In this document: in pieces, positions 27,948 to 36,444 of the stretch
Layout: every line of letters begins with the position of its first letter
Position numbering within the stretch: the stretch's first letter is position 1
Assembly (NCBI GenBank): GCA_020353195.1
Contig: CP070691.1
Location: 2,579,105 to 2,643,104, forward strand
Source: Phycisphaerales bacterium
GTDB taxonomy: Bacteria; Planctomycetota; Phycisphaerae; UBA1845
Direction of reading: 5' to 3'
DNA: 64,000 nt
Notes under the pieces: generated by a model
What the model saw: the letters and a program-made list of their open reading frames with translations, nothing else
Databases searched by the model: none
Told to the model about the DNA's origin: nothing
Position numbers and translations under genes: made by a program

Positions 27948-28146
27948 GATCGGGGCGTTGCCTTGCGAGCGACGCGGCTCGTGCCGGGCTGCCCGATGAT
28001 GCGCGACACGATGCCCAAAGACCGTCGCTGCTTGTACCGCAGCGTTCGCCCCATGTCAAAACGTCGGTCGGTCGAACCGGCCCGGCTGGTGGGCGCAGTT
28101 CGCGGTCAAGTGCAAGCGGGTACACCCTTCTGCGCGCGGGTTTGGC

Positions 28147-29226
28147 TCAGCGGCGCCGGCCCTGGACGAGGACGGCCGCTATGATGATCGCGCCAGTCAA
28201 CATCAGGCGACTGGCCTCGGGCACGGCGTTGATGCTCAGGATTTTCTCGAGATACCCGATAATCAGCGTTCCGAGAAGAGTCAGCCCGATCCCGCCGCGC
28301 CCGCCCATCAGGTTGGTTCCGCCGATGACAACGATCGCAATCGCGCTGAGCTCGTAGGCCACACCGGCCTCGGGGTCGCCCTGCAGCTCCTGGGCCGCCT
28401 GGCAGATGCCCGCGACGGCGGAGAAGAAGCCGGCCAGCGCATAGGCGGCCACTTTCATCACCGCGACGGGCACGCCGGACAGCCTGGCCGCCTCCTCGTT
28501 CCCGCCGATGGCGTAGATGTATCGCCCCCACCGCAACCGCGACAGCCCGACCCACGAGACGAGTACGCAGGCCAGGAAGATCAGACTCACCACGGAGACG
28601 TTACCGCCCAGTAACCGGGAGTCGATCGCGTTGAAGACAGCGGGCACGTCGACGTAGTCATAGGTGCCGTCGGGAGTTTGGACGACCGTCGAGACCTTCA
28701 TCCCGCCGGAGACTGACTTGGCAAGTCCGCGGGCGAAGACCATCATGGCCAGCGTCACGATAAACGGCTGGATGCGGAACCAAGCGGTCAATCCACCGGA
28801 TACCGCTCCGCAGGCCGCGCCGATCAGCAGGCACGCCGGAACCGCGACCCACGGCGACCATCCCCAGTGGATGCTGAAGATCGAGAACGTGACCGCGACA
28901 AGGGCTAGCACGCTCCCCACAGACAGATCGATGCCGGCGGTGATGATCACTACCGTCATCCCGCAGGCGAGGATGCCGAACACCGACGCCTGCCGGAGGG
29001 CGTCTCGATGTGTGGACCATTTGTAGAACGCGGCGGTGCCGGTGATCTCTTCGCCATCGGGGCCGTATTCCGTGGGCGCCGGGCCGGGGTAGGCCGCGCC
29101 AATGGCAAAGACCAGGGCCAAAGCCAGTATCGCAGTGGCGGCGGGATGATCCCGCATCCGGCGCACCAATGACGTCCGCGTGGGCGAGCCCGCAGAGGCG
29201 GCAGATGAGGTCGATTCGGGGGTCAT
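28147..29226 (-). CDS. CUT2 sugar ABC transporter permease (RbsC-like)
   Basis: ATG 29226 lies 1 nt after the ATPase stop. Multi-TM protein with 'GGIDLSVGSVLAL' and 'AIGGNEEAARLSGVPV' motifs. Confidence 0.8.
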   Translation of the reverse strand: MTPESTSSAASAGSPTRTSLVRRMRDHPAATAILALALVFAIGAAYPGPAPTEYGPDGEEITGTAAFYKWSTHRDALRQASVFGILACGMTVVIITAGIDLSVGSVLALVAVTFSIFSIHWGWSPWVAVPACLLIGAACGAVSGGLTAWFRIQPFIVTLAMMVFARGLAKSVSGGMKVSTVVQTPDGTYDYVDVPAVFNAIDSRLLGGNVSVVSLIFLACVLVSWVGLSRLRWGRYIYAIGGNEEAARLSGVPVAVMKVAAYALAGFFSAVAGICQAAQELQGDPEAGVAYELSAIAIVVIGGTNLMGGRGGIGLTLLGTLIIGYLEKILSINAVPEASRLMLTGAIIIAAVLVQGRRR

Positions 29227-29227
29227 G

Positions 29228-30793
29228 TCACTCACCCCCCATTGCGGCGTGCAGGATGCGTTCCTGCGTGGCTTCTCCGCGGCTGAACGTGGCCGTGGCT
29301 CGGCCCCGGTGCATGACAACAACGCGATCGCTCATCATCAGCAGTTCCGGCATCTCCGACGTAATCAGGACGATGGCATGTCCCGCACGGCGCCATTCGT
29401 TCATCAGCTCGTAGATCTCGCCTTTCGCCGCGACGTCGACTCCGCGGGTCGGCTCGTCCAGCAGCAGGACGCGAGGCTTCGTGCTGATCCACTTGGCCAG
29501 TACCACCTTCTGCTGATTCCCGCCCGATAATGTCACGGCGCGTTGCCGAAGCGAAGCCGCCCGCAGGCGCAGGGCGCCCGTCGTTTCAGCGGCCAACTGC
29601 ATTTCGCGGGACGCCCGCAGCCAGCCACCAGGCGAGACGCGGGGCAGCGACGCCAGCGTTGCGTTCGCGGCTACGCTCATCCCGAGCACCAGCCCGGTCC
29701 GTTGCCGATCGTTGGTGACCAGGGCCACGCCGTGCCGGATCGCCCGCCGCGGCGACGTCGGTCGAAACCGCTTTCCGTCGATCCGCATTGTGCCCGAGAC
29801 CCTTCGGCCGTACGCCCCAAACAGGGCCAACAGCAGGTCGCTATTACCGGACCCCTGCAGACCGGCCAGGCCCAAAATCTCCCCCGCGCGAACGTCGAAC
29901 GTGATGCCGTCAACCGGAGGTCTGCGCTGGCGGCCCACGGCCCGAACGGTGACGTTGTCGACGGCGAGGCGCACGGGCCGGTCGGCGAGGTCGCCCTGCC
30001 CGGCTGTGGTTGACGCTTCGGCCAGGTCTCGACCCACCATGTGGCGAATCAGCGAGGCCGGAGGCATGTCCGCCGCCGGCGCGGTGGCCATCCGGCATCC
30101 GTCGCGCAGCACCGTGATGCGGTCGGCTATCCGGTAGACCTCTTCCAGCTTATGGGTGATATAGATGATCCCGCAGCCGCGGGCTTTCAGCTCGCGGATC
30201 GTCACGAACAGGCGCTCGACCTCGGGCTCGTTCAGTGCGCTGGTGGGCTCGTCCATGACGATCACCTGGGCTTCGTATGCCAGGGCTTTGGCGATCTCGA
30301 TGATCTGCTGAATGGAAATCGGCAATGAGCCGACGGTCCGGCGGACGTCGAGGTCCAGGCCGAGGCGGTCCAGCGCACGGGCGGTCTGCTCGTGTTGCCG
30401 TGCATATCGCATCCATCCCCGCCACGATCGTTCGCGGCCCAGGAACATGTTGTCGGCCACCGACATTGACGGCACGAGCGACAACTCCTGATGAATGATG
30501 GCTACGCCGCGGGCGGCTGCGTCGCGCGGGGAGCGGAAACGAAGCCGCCGCCCGTGAATTCGGATCAGCCCGTCGTCGGGCGAGTGGACCCCGCCGAGGA
30601 TCTTGATCAGCGTCGACTTGCCGGCGCCGTTCTCGCCGACCAGAACGTGCACCTCGCCGGCGTTCAGATCGAAGTCCACGTTGTCGAGAACACATTGGCT
30701 CCCGAATGATTTCCGGATGCGGCTCATGCGAAGCAGCGGCGTTTCGGGCCGAGACGTGTCGCATTGTCCGCTACTCTGTTGGGCGGTGATCAA
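29228..30793 (-). CDS. CUT2 sugar ABC transporter ATP-binding protein (fused double ATPase, RbsA/MglA-like)
   Basis: Walker A 'GENGAGKSTL', and signature sequences 'LSGGNQQKV' in the second half. The start is TTG 30793 or ATG 30727. Confidence 0.85.
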   Translation of the reverse strand: MITAQQSSGQCDTSRPETPLLRMSRIRKSFGSQCVLDNVDFDLNAGEVHVLVGENGAGKSTLIKILGGVHSPDDGLIRIHGRRLRFRSPRDAAARGVAIIHQELSLVPSMSVADNMFLGRERSWRGWMRYARQHEQTARALDRLGLDLDVRRTVGSLPISIQQIIEIAKALAYEAQVIVMDEPTSALNEPEVERLFVTIRELKARGCGIIYITHKLEEVYRIADRITVLRDGCRMATAPAADMPPASLIRHMVGRDLAEASTTAGQGDLADRPVRLAVDNVTVRAVGRQRRPPVDGITFDVRAGEILGLAGLQGSGNSDLLLALFGAYGRRVSGTMRIDGKRFRPTSPRRAIRHGVALVTNDRQRTGLVLGMSVAANATLASLPRVSPGGWLRASREMQLAAETTGALRLRAASLRQRAVTLSGGNQQKVVLAKWISTKPRVLLLDEPTRGVDVAAKGEIYELMNEWRRAGHAIVLITSEMPELLMMSDRVVVMHRGRATATFSRGEATQERILHAAMGGE

Positions 30794-30985
30794 GTCAACT
30801 GGCTCCGACGCCTCGTCCCTATCCTCACGCCGGACTCGGCCTCCATCGAGCGGCGCGGTGATCCCGGTGTTGAAACCTGCGGAAGCTCAGTAGTATATCG
30901 GGGCCGCCGGTGTTGCACAGGCGCGGGCAACGACGGTGGCGTCCACAAAGGCGGCCGTGCCCATGCGGCAATGAAGGAGAAGCTC

Positions 30986-31447
30986 ATGAGCGTATCGGAC
31001 AGACTCAAGGAGTTGGGTATCCACGTGCCGGCAGTTCCGGCGCCGGTGGCGGCGTATGTGCCTGCCGTCCGCGTCGGGAACCTGGTGTTCACGTCGGGAC
31101 AGCTGCCTCTGGTGGAAGGGAAGCTCAAGTACGCCGGTGTTGTGGGCAAAGACCTGACGGTCGAGCAGGCGTATGACGCGGCCCGCATCTGCTGCCTGAA
31201 CGCGTTGGCGGCCGTCCGGAGCGTCGCCGGTGATCTGGACGCGGTGGCCCAGGTGGTCAAGCTGACAGGCTGGGTGGCGTCGGCCGACGGTTTCACGGAC
31301 CAGCCCAAGGTCATGAACGGTGCGTCCGAGCTGGTGGGCGAGATCTTCGGTGCGGCGGGTCGGCATGCCCGGGCCGCCGTCGCCGCCAACACCCTGCCTT
31401 TGGGGGCCGCGGTGGAGGTGGAAATGACCGTGAACCTGAGAGGTTGA
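30986..31447 (+). CDS. RidA/YjgF/UK114 family protein
   Basis: ATG 30986 with AAGGAG 6 nt upstream. 'VGNLVFTSGQLP...ARAAVAANTLPLGAAVEVEM'. Confidence 0.7.
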   Translation: MSVSDRLKELGIHVPAVPAPVAAYVPAVRVGNLVFTSGQLPLVEGKLKYAGVVGKDLTVEQAYDAARICCLNALAAVRSVAGDLDAVAQVVKLTGWVASADGFTDQPKVMNGASELVGEIFGAAGRHARAAVAANTLPLGAAVEVEMTVNLRG

Positions 31448-31687
31448 CCGGCCGCCCACCGGGGCTGCCGGTGACCGCCGAGCCCGCATAGCCTGCTGCA
31501 TTCGCCGCTGACGATCGGCTGCATCGTTGTAAGATCACGGCGGGCTGGGCATATTATAAACGGGCGGGCGGTAGCGGGCGGGGACAGACTCGCCCTGTCG
31601 GACGGGGGTCGTAGGTCGAGGCCCGCTGTCAAACGGAGTCGCCGGAGTCCTGGACAACGGGGAGGGAATGACGGCGCGCTGCAAGTC

Positions 31688-32839
31688 ATGAGCGATTCTC
31701 GTGAAACCGAGCCGTCGCGGGGCATCGTGCGGTTGGTGAGCGACGTGATCGCCAGGAGTCTGGCCGCCGGTGCCAGTGACATTCACTTCGAACCTTTAGC
31801 CGACCGCCTGCTCGTGCGGATTCGGGTTGACGGCCGGCTTGCGGACTTCGAGGGAATCCCGGCGGCGATCGCGGAGAACGTGATTGCCCGGTTGAAGGTT
31901 ATGGCCGGGCTGCTGACGTACCGCGTGGACATTCCTCAAGAGGGGAGCCTGCGGTGGCAGCCGGAGGGTGACGGCGCCGGGACCGGGCCCACCGACCTGC
32001 GTGTGGCCACGTTCCCGACGATTCGCGGGGAGCGGGCGGTGGTTCGCGCCTTTGGGGCCCGCGCTCCGGTGGAAACGCTTGACCAGCTGGGATTGGCACC
32101 GAGGCAGGTCGATCAACTCCGTTGGGCTACGTCACTTCCAAGCGGTCTGGTGCCGATCACGGGGCCTGCGGGCAGCGGCAAGACGACGACCCTGTACGCG
32201 ATGGTGCGACACATCGTGCAGACGACTCCGGATCGCAGCATCGTGACCTTGGAGGACCCCGTGGAGCAGCGTATTGATCGAGTTGCTCAAATCCAGATCA
32301 ATCCGTACGGCGAACTGAACTACGAACGATGCCTGCGATCGCTGCTGCGGCAGGACCCCCAAACCATTCTTCTGGGGGAGATCCGCGACGCCGCCACCGC
32401 GTCGGTTGCGGTGGAGGCGTCACTTACGGGTCATCTGATTCTCACCACGATGCACAGCGGCGACCCGGCGGAGGCGATTGTGCGGCTGCTGGAGATGGGG
32501 ATTGCCGCGTATCAGGTCGTGAGCTCGGTAGTGATGGTCTGCTCGCAACGGCTACTGCGCCGCGCTCAGACGGGGCAGCATGGTGAAGATGAGAGGTCGG
32601 CGCACCGTCAGTTCGGTCCGGGGGGCCGATACGTCGGTCGGGTCGCCTGCGCACAGATCGCCCGCATTGACGAGACGGTCCGCGAGTTGATTCTCGCTCA
32701 TCCTTCGGTGTCCCGTCTGCGGCAAGCGATCGCGGGGCAGGGGCCGGACCTGTATCAGCGCGCGTGTGAGCTTGCCGATCAGTGTGTTACCGATACGGAC
32801 GAAGTCCGGCGGATTCTCGGCGAACCGCTGGAGACATGA
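31688..32839 (+). CDS. GspE/PilB-family secretion ATPase, short form (no N1 domain, no tetra-Cys Zn site)
   Basis: 'ASDIHFEP', Walker A 'GPAGSGKTTTLYA', 'ILLGEIRD', 'GHLILTTMHSGD'. Confidence 0.8.
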   Translation: MSDSRETEPSRGIVRLVSDVIARSLAAGASDIHFEPLADRLLVRIRVDGRLADFEGIPAAIAENVIARLKVMAGLLTYRVDIPQEGSLRWQPEGDGAGTGPTDLRVATFPTIRGERAVVRAFGARAPVETLDQLGLAPRQVDQLRWATSLPSGLVPITGPAGSGKTTTLYAMVRHIVQTTPDRSIVTLEDPVEQRIDRVAQIQINPYGELNYERCLRSLLRQDPQTILLGEIRDAATASVAVEASLTGHLILTTMHSGDPAEAIVRLLEMGIAAYQVVSSVVMVCSQRLLRRAQTGQHGEDERSAHRQFGPGGRYVGRVACAQIARIDETVRELILAHPSVSRLRQAIAGQGPDLYQRACELADQCVTDTDEVRRILGEPLET

Positions 32840-34059
32840 GCGATGGCTCAGGGCGGGTGCAGACGATGAGGTTCTACTCTTACGAAGGTCAATGCCCGGG
32901 CGGCACGGCCATCAGCGGCACGATCGAAGCGGAGAGTCAGGACGACGCGATGGCGCATCTCGACGCCATGGGCGTGCAGGTGGTGCAGCTTTCGCAAGTC
33001 AAGCCGCCGAGGCCGGAGTCGGCCGTCGGATACGACGACTTCATCTTCTTCAACGAGCAGTTGGCGTCGCTGGCCGATGCCCGCGTTGCGCTGGACAAGG
33101 GGCTTCGCGAAATCGCGAGAGACATCCGGGGCGGCCGCCTGCGACGGGTGATCAACCGTATCGCCGACAAACTCGAGCACGGAGTGCCCCTGGACCAGGC
33201 GGTGGCGGCGCATGAATCCAGTCTGCCGGTCCTCTACAGCCGTGTCATTCGGGCGGGCATCCGCAGCGGTCAGCTCTCGGCGGCGCTGCTGAACCTGTCG
33301 CAGCATCTGCGGTTCATTGCCCAAGCCCGGAGAATCGTGTTCGAGGCCCTCTCGTATCCGATGACGGTCCTGTTCATCGCGTTGGCGCTATTCTCCCTGA
33401 TCATGCAGTGGGTGATTCCCCAATTCGAGGAAGTCATTCTGGATTTCAATGCTCCGGTGCCGCGTTTCTCGCGGTATGTGTTTTCGTTCGCCCGCGCCTA
33501 TCCGTGGTTGCTGATGGGGGTGGGGATCACCGCCGTCGCAGTCGTGGGTTTATGGGGCGCGCTTCAGGCCACCGCTCGTGGGCGACGGGTGCGTGAGCGA
33601 TTGGTGCTGGCGGTTCCCGTCGTGGGACGGCTGGTTCGCGTGTCGCTGATCGCTCGTTTCTTCCGCTCGGTCTCGCTCTCGGTGGCCGGCGGGATCCCTT
33701 TGCCGGAGACGCTGCGCATGGCGTCCCAGGCGACCGGTAGCCCGGGGTTAATCCGTGACGCCGATCGAGTCGCTGAAGGGATTGAGCGCGGGGAATCCGC
33801 CGCTCGGGCCGGTGAATCGGCACGGTTGCTTCCCCCCATGTTCGGATACGTCGTAGATACGGCTGCCGCCCGGAGCATCCTGCCGCAAGCGACGGCCGAA
33901 CTCGCGAAGGCGTACGAAATGCGGGCCGCCCATTACCAGAGCCTGTTGCGGACCTGGTTGGTTCCGTTGGCTGTGATCTTTGTCGGGGTCTCGGTGGGGC
34001 TCTGCGTGGTGGCCATGTTCTGGCCACTCGCGCGCCTTATCCAAGGTGTGAGCATCTGA
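32836..34059 (+). CDS. GspF/PilC-type inner-membrane platform protein (two T2SSF repeats), copy 1
   Basis: ATGA overlap with the ATPase gene. Canonical cytoplasmic N-terminus 'FYSYEGQCPGGTAISGTIEAESQDDAMAHLDAMGVQVVQL'. 'FFNEQLASLADARVALDKGL' and 'FFRSVSLSVAGGIPLPETL'. Confidence 0.8.
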   Translation: MSDGSGRVQTMRFYSYEGQCPGGTAISGTIEAESQDDAMAHLDAMGVQVVQLSQVKPPRPESAVGYDDFIFFNEQLASLADARVALDKGLREIARDIRGGRLRRVINRIADKLEHGVPLDQAVAAHESSLPVLYSRVIRAGIRSGQLSAALLNLSQHLRFIAQARRIVFEALSYPMTVLFIALALFSLIMQWVIPQFEEVILDFNAPVPRFSRYVFSFARAYPWLLMGVGITAVAVVGLWGALQATARGRRVRERLVLAVPVVGRLVRVSLIARFFRSVSLSVAGGIPLPETLRMASQATGSPGLIRDADRVAEGIERGESAARAGESARLLPPMFGYVVDTAAARSILPQATAELAKAYEMRAAHYQSLLRTWLVPLAVIFVGVSVGLCVVAMFWPLARLIQGVSI

Positions 34060-34151
34060 TCGAGTTCGCTGCAGAGGGGAGTGAATGAGTCGATGCGAAT
34101 CAACGCCGGCTTGATAATCTGCCCGGCCTGTTTGAGATCGGGCCGGGCCTC

Positions 34152-35405
34152 GTGGACCAACCACACCCCTGCGAGGGCAGCGCCGTGAGTGATGTTCCGT
34201 GCATCGTGATCTTGGGATTCGCCGGCGTTTTCATTTACATCGCCGACCGGTGCCTGACGTGGTTGGCCTGGCAGCTGTCAGGCATCAAAGGACCCCCCAT
34301 CCGCAGCACGATCGCTAGCCTGGTGCTGCGGTGGCGGATCCTCTCCTTCACCGGGATGACCATCGCCCATCTGTCCACCGCTGCCCGCCTCAATCTGCCT
34401 CTGGGACGGACGGTCCTTTTGGCCAGCCGCGACGAGCGCGGCCAGCTCCGCACGATACTTGGCCGGCTCGGGCAATGGCTGAACAAGGGCACGATGCTGT
34501 CCGTCGCCCTGGAGCACTCGATTCCGGCCTGCCCCTCGTTCGTCACCAGTATGGTTCGGGCCGGCGAAGACTCGGGCCAGCTGCGGCGGGCGTTGGCGAC
34601 GCTGGAGACGATGATCGAGGATCGCCAGCGGCGCATCCGTTCGGGCGTGCTCGGCAACTGGGTCTATCCGGTCGTGTTGTTCTTCGTGTGGGCCACTGTT
34701 GTGTCGTACACGATGGCCGTCATCGTACCGAGGTTCCGGGAGATCTTCCTGGACTTCGGCGCGGTCTTGCCACCGATCACGAGGGCGTTGATCGACTTCG
34801 CCGACGAGGTTGTCTTTTTCTCTTCTGTGTTATTCTTCGCCATGTTACTAGTGGGGGCTGCCCTGGCCGTTGTTGTCCTGCTGTCCGTGCGCCCGCGACG
34901 TGTGGACTCGCCCCGTCTGCTTTCGCGCGTCGGCGATACGCTGCGATGGTACCTGCCGATTCTGCACGGTATCGACCGCGGGTTCGGCTTTGCCGCCTCG
35001 GTCGACGCCCTGGCCATGGGGTTGGCCGGCGGGCTGCCGTTGGACCGGGCGGTGCAGCTCGCCGGCGACGTTGACGTGAACATCCATGTGCGTCGGCGGT
35101 TCAGGTGGTTCGGGAGACTCATGGGAGATGGCCAACCGCCGGGGGCGGCTGCCACGCAGGCCGGGTTGGGGCCGGTCATCACTGGCGCAATCAGGAGCGT
35201 TGTCCACGGGGCCCAGCCGCAGGCGGCCCTCGAACACGCCGCCCGGTATCACCGCGCCACGGCTTACCGATGGTGGCATTGTCTCGGGCACGTGATCGGT
35301 CCGATGGTCACGTTGATCGCCGCCTGCGCCGTGGGATTCGTCGCCGTCGCCCTGTTTACGCCGTTGATCACGCTGATGGACTCTGTTGTCACGGGATTGG
35401 AGTGA
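34152..35405 (+). CDS. GspF/PilC-type platform protein, copy 2 (divergent, with a hydrophobic N-terminus)
   Basis: 'LGQWLNKGTMLSVALEHSIPACPSFVTSMVRAGEDSGQLRRAL' and a second repeat 'FAASVDALAMGLAGGLPLDRAV'. The start is GTG 34152 or GTG 34185. Confidence 0.65.
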   Translation: MDQPHPCEGSAVSDVPCIVILGFAGVFIYIADRCLTWLAWQLSGIKGPPIRSTIASLVLRWRILSFTGMTIAHLSTAARLNLPLGRTVLLASRDERGQLRTILGRLGQWLNKGTMLSVALEHSIPACPSFVTSMVRAGEDSGQLRRALATLETMIEDRQRRIRSGVLGNWVYPVVLFFVWATVVSYTMAVIVPRFREIFLDFGAVLPPITRALIDFADEVVFFSSVLFFAMLLVGAALAVVVLLSVRPRRVDSPRLLSRVGDTLRWYLPILHGIDRGFGFAASVDALAMGLAGGLPLDRAVQLAGDVDVNIHVRRRFRWFGRLMGDGQPPGAAATQAGLGPVITGAIRSVVHGAQPQAALEHAARYHRATAYRWWHCLGHVIGPMVTLIAACAVGFVAVALFTPLITLMDSVVTGLE

Positions 35406-35893
35406 CGCCCGTGCCGTTGCCCTCCGTACGGAAACGAGGCGTTTTCGTTCTCGAAGCCGCAGTCGCGCTGGCGGTCATCGGTCTCGTGCTGTTGGCCGCC
35501 TCGACGCTGCTTGTGAGCTACCGGAAGGCGCACGATCACTTCATGGCCCGTAGGGCAGCTCAGTTGGCCGCTGAGGGGCAAATGGAGCGCTTCCGAGCCG
35601 GCCAGCCCATTAATGACGGACCGATCCAGAATCCGGAGGCAGCGCCGCGCGTGGAAATGCGCGTTGCAAGCTCACCCGGCGCCGGCGACTGGCGCGGCCT
35701 CCGGCGCGTCACTGTGACTGCCGCTGTTTCGGCCCGGCACGGGCGGCGCGTCGTCTACGCGCTGAGCGCGTATGTCGATCCGGCATCCTCCGGACCGACA
35801 CCCTCTCGTGTGACATCCGGGAGCCGCGCGTCGAAGTCGGGTGGAGGTTCGTCCGCCGCGGCGGATGCCCGGGAGGGAGAGTTCCGGCCATGA
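35402..35893 (+). CDS. Pseudopilin-like protein (prepilin-type N-terminus with Glu at +5)
   Basis: GTGA overlap with the upstream stop. 'KRG|VFVLEAAVALAVIGLVLLA' resembles the G|FTLxE class III signal. Confidence 0.5.
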   Translation: MTPVPLPSVRKRGVFVLEAAVALAVIGLVLLAASTLLVSYRKAHDHFMARRAAQLAAEGQMERFRAGQPINDGPIQNPEAAPRVEMRVASSPGAGDWRGLRRVTVTAAVSARHGRRVVYALSAYVDPASSGPTPSRVTSGSRASKSGGGSSAAADAREGEFRP

Positions 35894-36444
35894 GCAGCAG
35901 CGCCGTCAGAGCGAACCGCGCCGCCGGCCGCCGCCCCAACAAGCGTCTGCCCGGCTACGCGCTCGTGTATATCCTTGCAATGATACCGTTGTTCGCCGTG
36001 GCGATCACACTAACCTATCGTGGCGTCGTGATGATTGTGAACGCAGACCGGGTCCTAGTCGAACGCGGCAACGAGTACGCGACACTCAACACGTGGCTGG
36101 CCCAGTTACGCCGGGACACGCGACGGAGCAGGACGCTGTCGGTCCGCCGCGGTGATGACGGGATTCCTGATCAGTCCATTGTCTTGACCACCGCTGACGA
36201 GACGGTGACGTATGCACTCGTGGGGTCGAGCGTGAGACGTACCACGACCGGCGGTGCGGGACCGCCGACTTCAGGTTGCTGGACGTTGTCGAGAATGTCC
36301 GTGGAGATCAGCGCCGCGCCGGCGTCCGGGCCGGGGCACGTGCTCCACGTGACGGTGCGCTGGCACCGTGGCAAGCGTCGTCCGGAAGAGCCGGTTCGTC
36401 GGTTCGACACGTCGTTTTACGTCGGTCGGGGGTATGCAGAATGA
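35890..36444 (+). CDS. Small membrane-anchored protein, minor-pseudopilin-like (no Glu at +5)
   Basis: ATGA overlap. 'KRLPGYALVYILAMIPLFAVAITL'. Confidence 0.45.
   Translation: MSSSAVRANRAAGRRPNKRLPGYALVYILAMIPLFAVAITLTYRGVVMIVNADRVLVERGNEYATLNTWLAQLRRDTRRSRTLSVRRGDDGIPDQSIVLTTADETVTYALVGSSVRRTTTGGAGPPTSGCWTLSRMSVEISAAPASGPGHVLHVTVRWHRGKRRPEEPVRRFDTSFYVGRGYAE

Noticed and set aside
27837-27985. The 29-bp tandem repeats as a possible CRISPR array
   Set aside because: The copies are directly abutting with no spacers. No cas genes are present. The array sits inside an ABC-transporter operon.
31527-31557. A sigma70-like promoter (TTGTAA ... TATTAT) in the AT-richer patch upstream of the secretion-ATPase gene
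   Set aside because: The spacing between the hexamers is 19 nt and the -35 is imperfect. It is plausible but cannot be supported from the sequence alone, so it is not listed as a feature.
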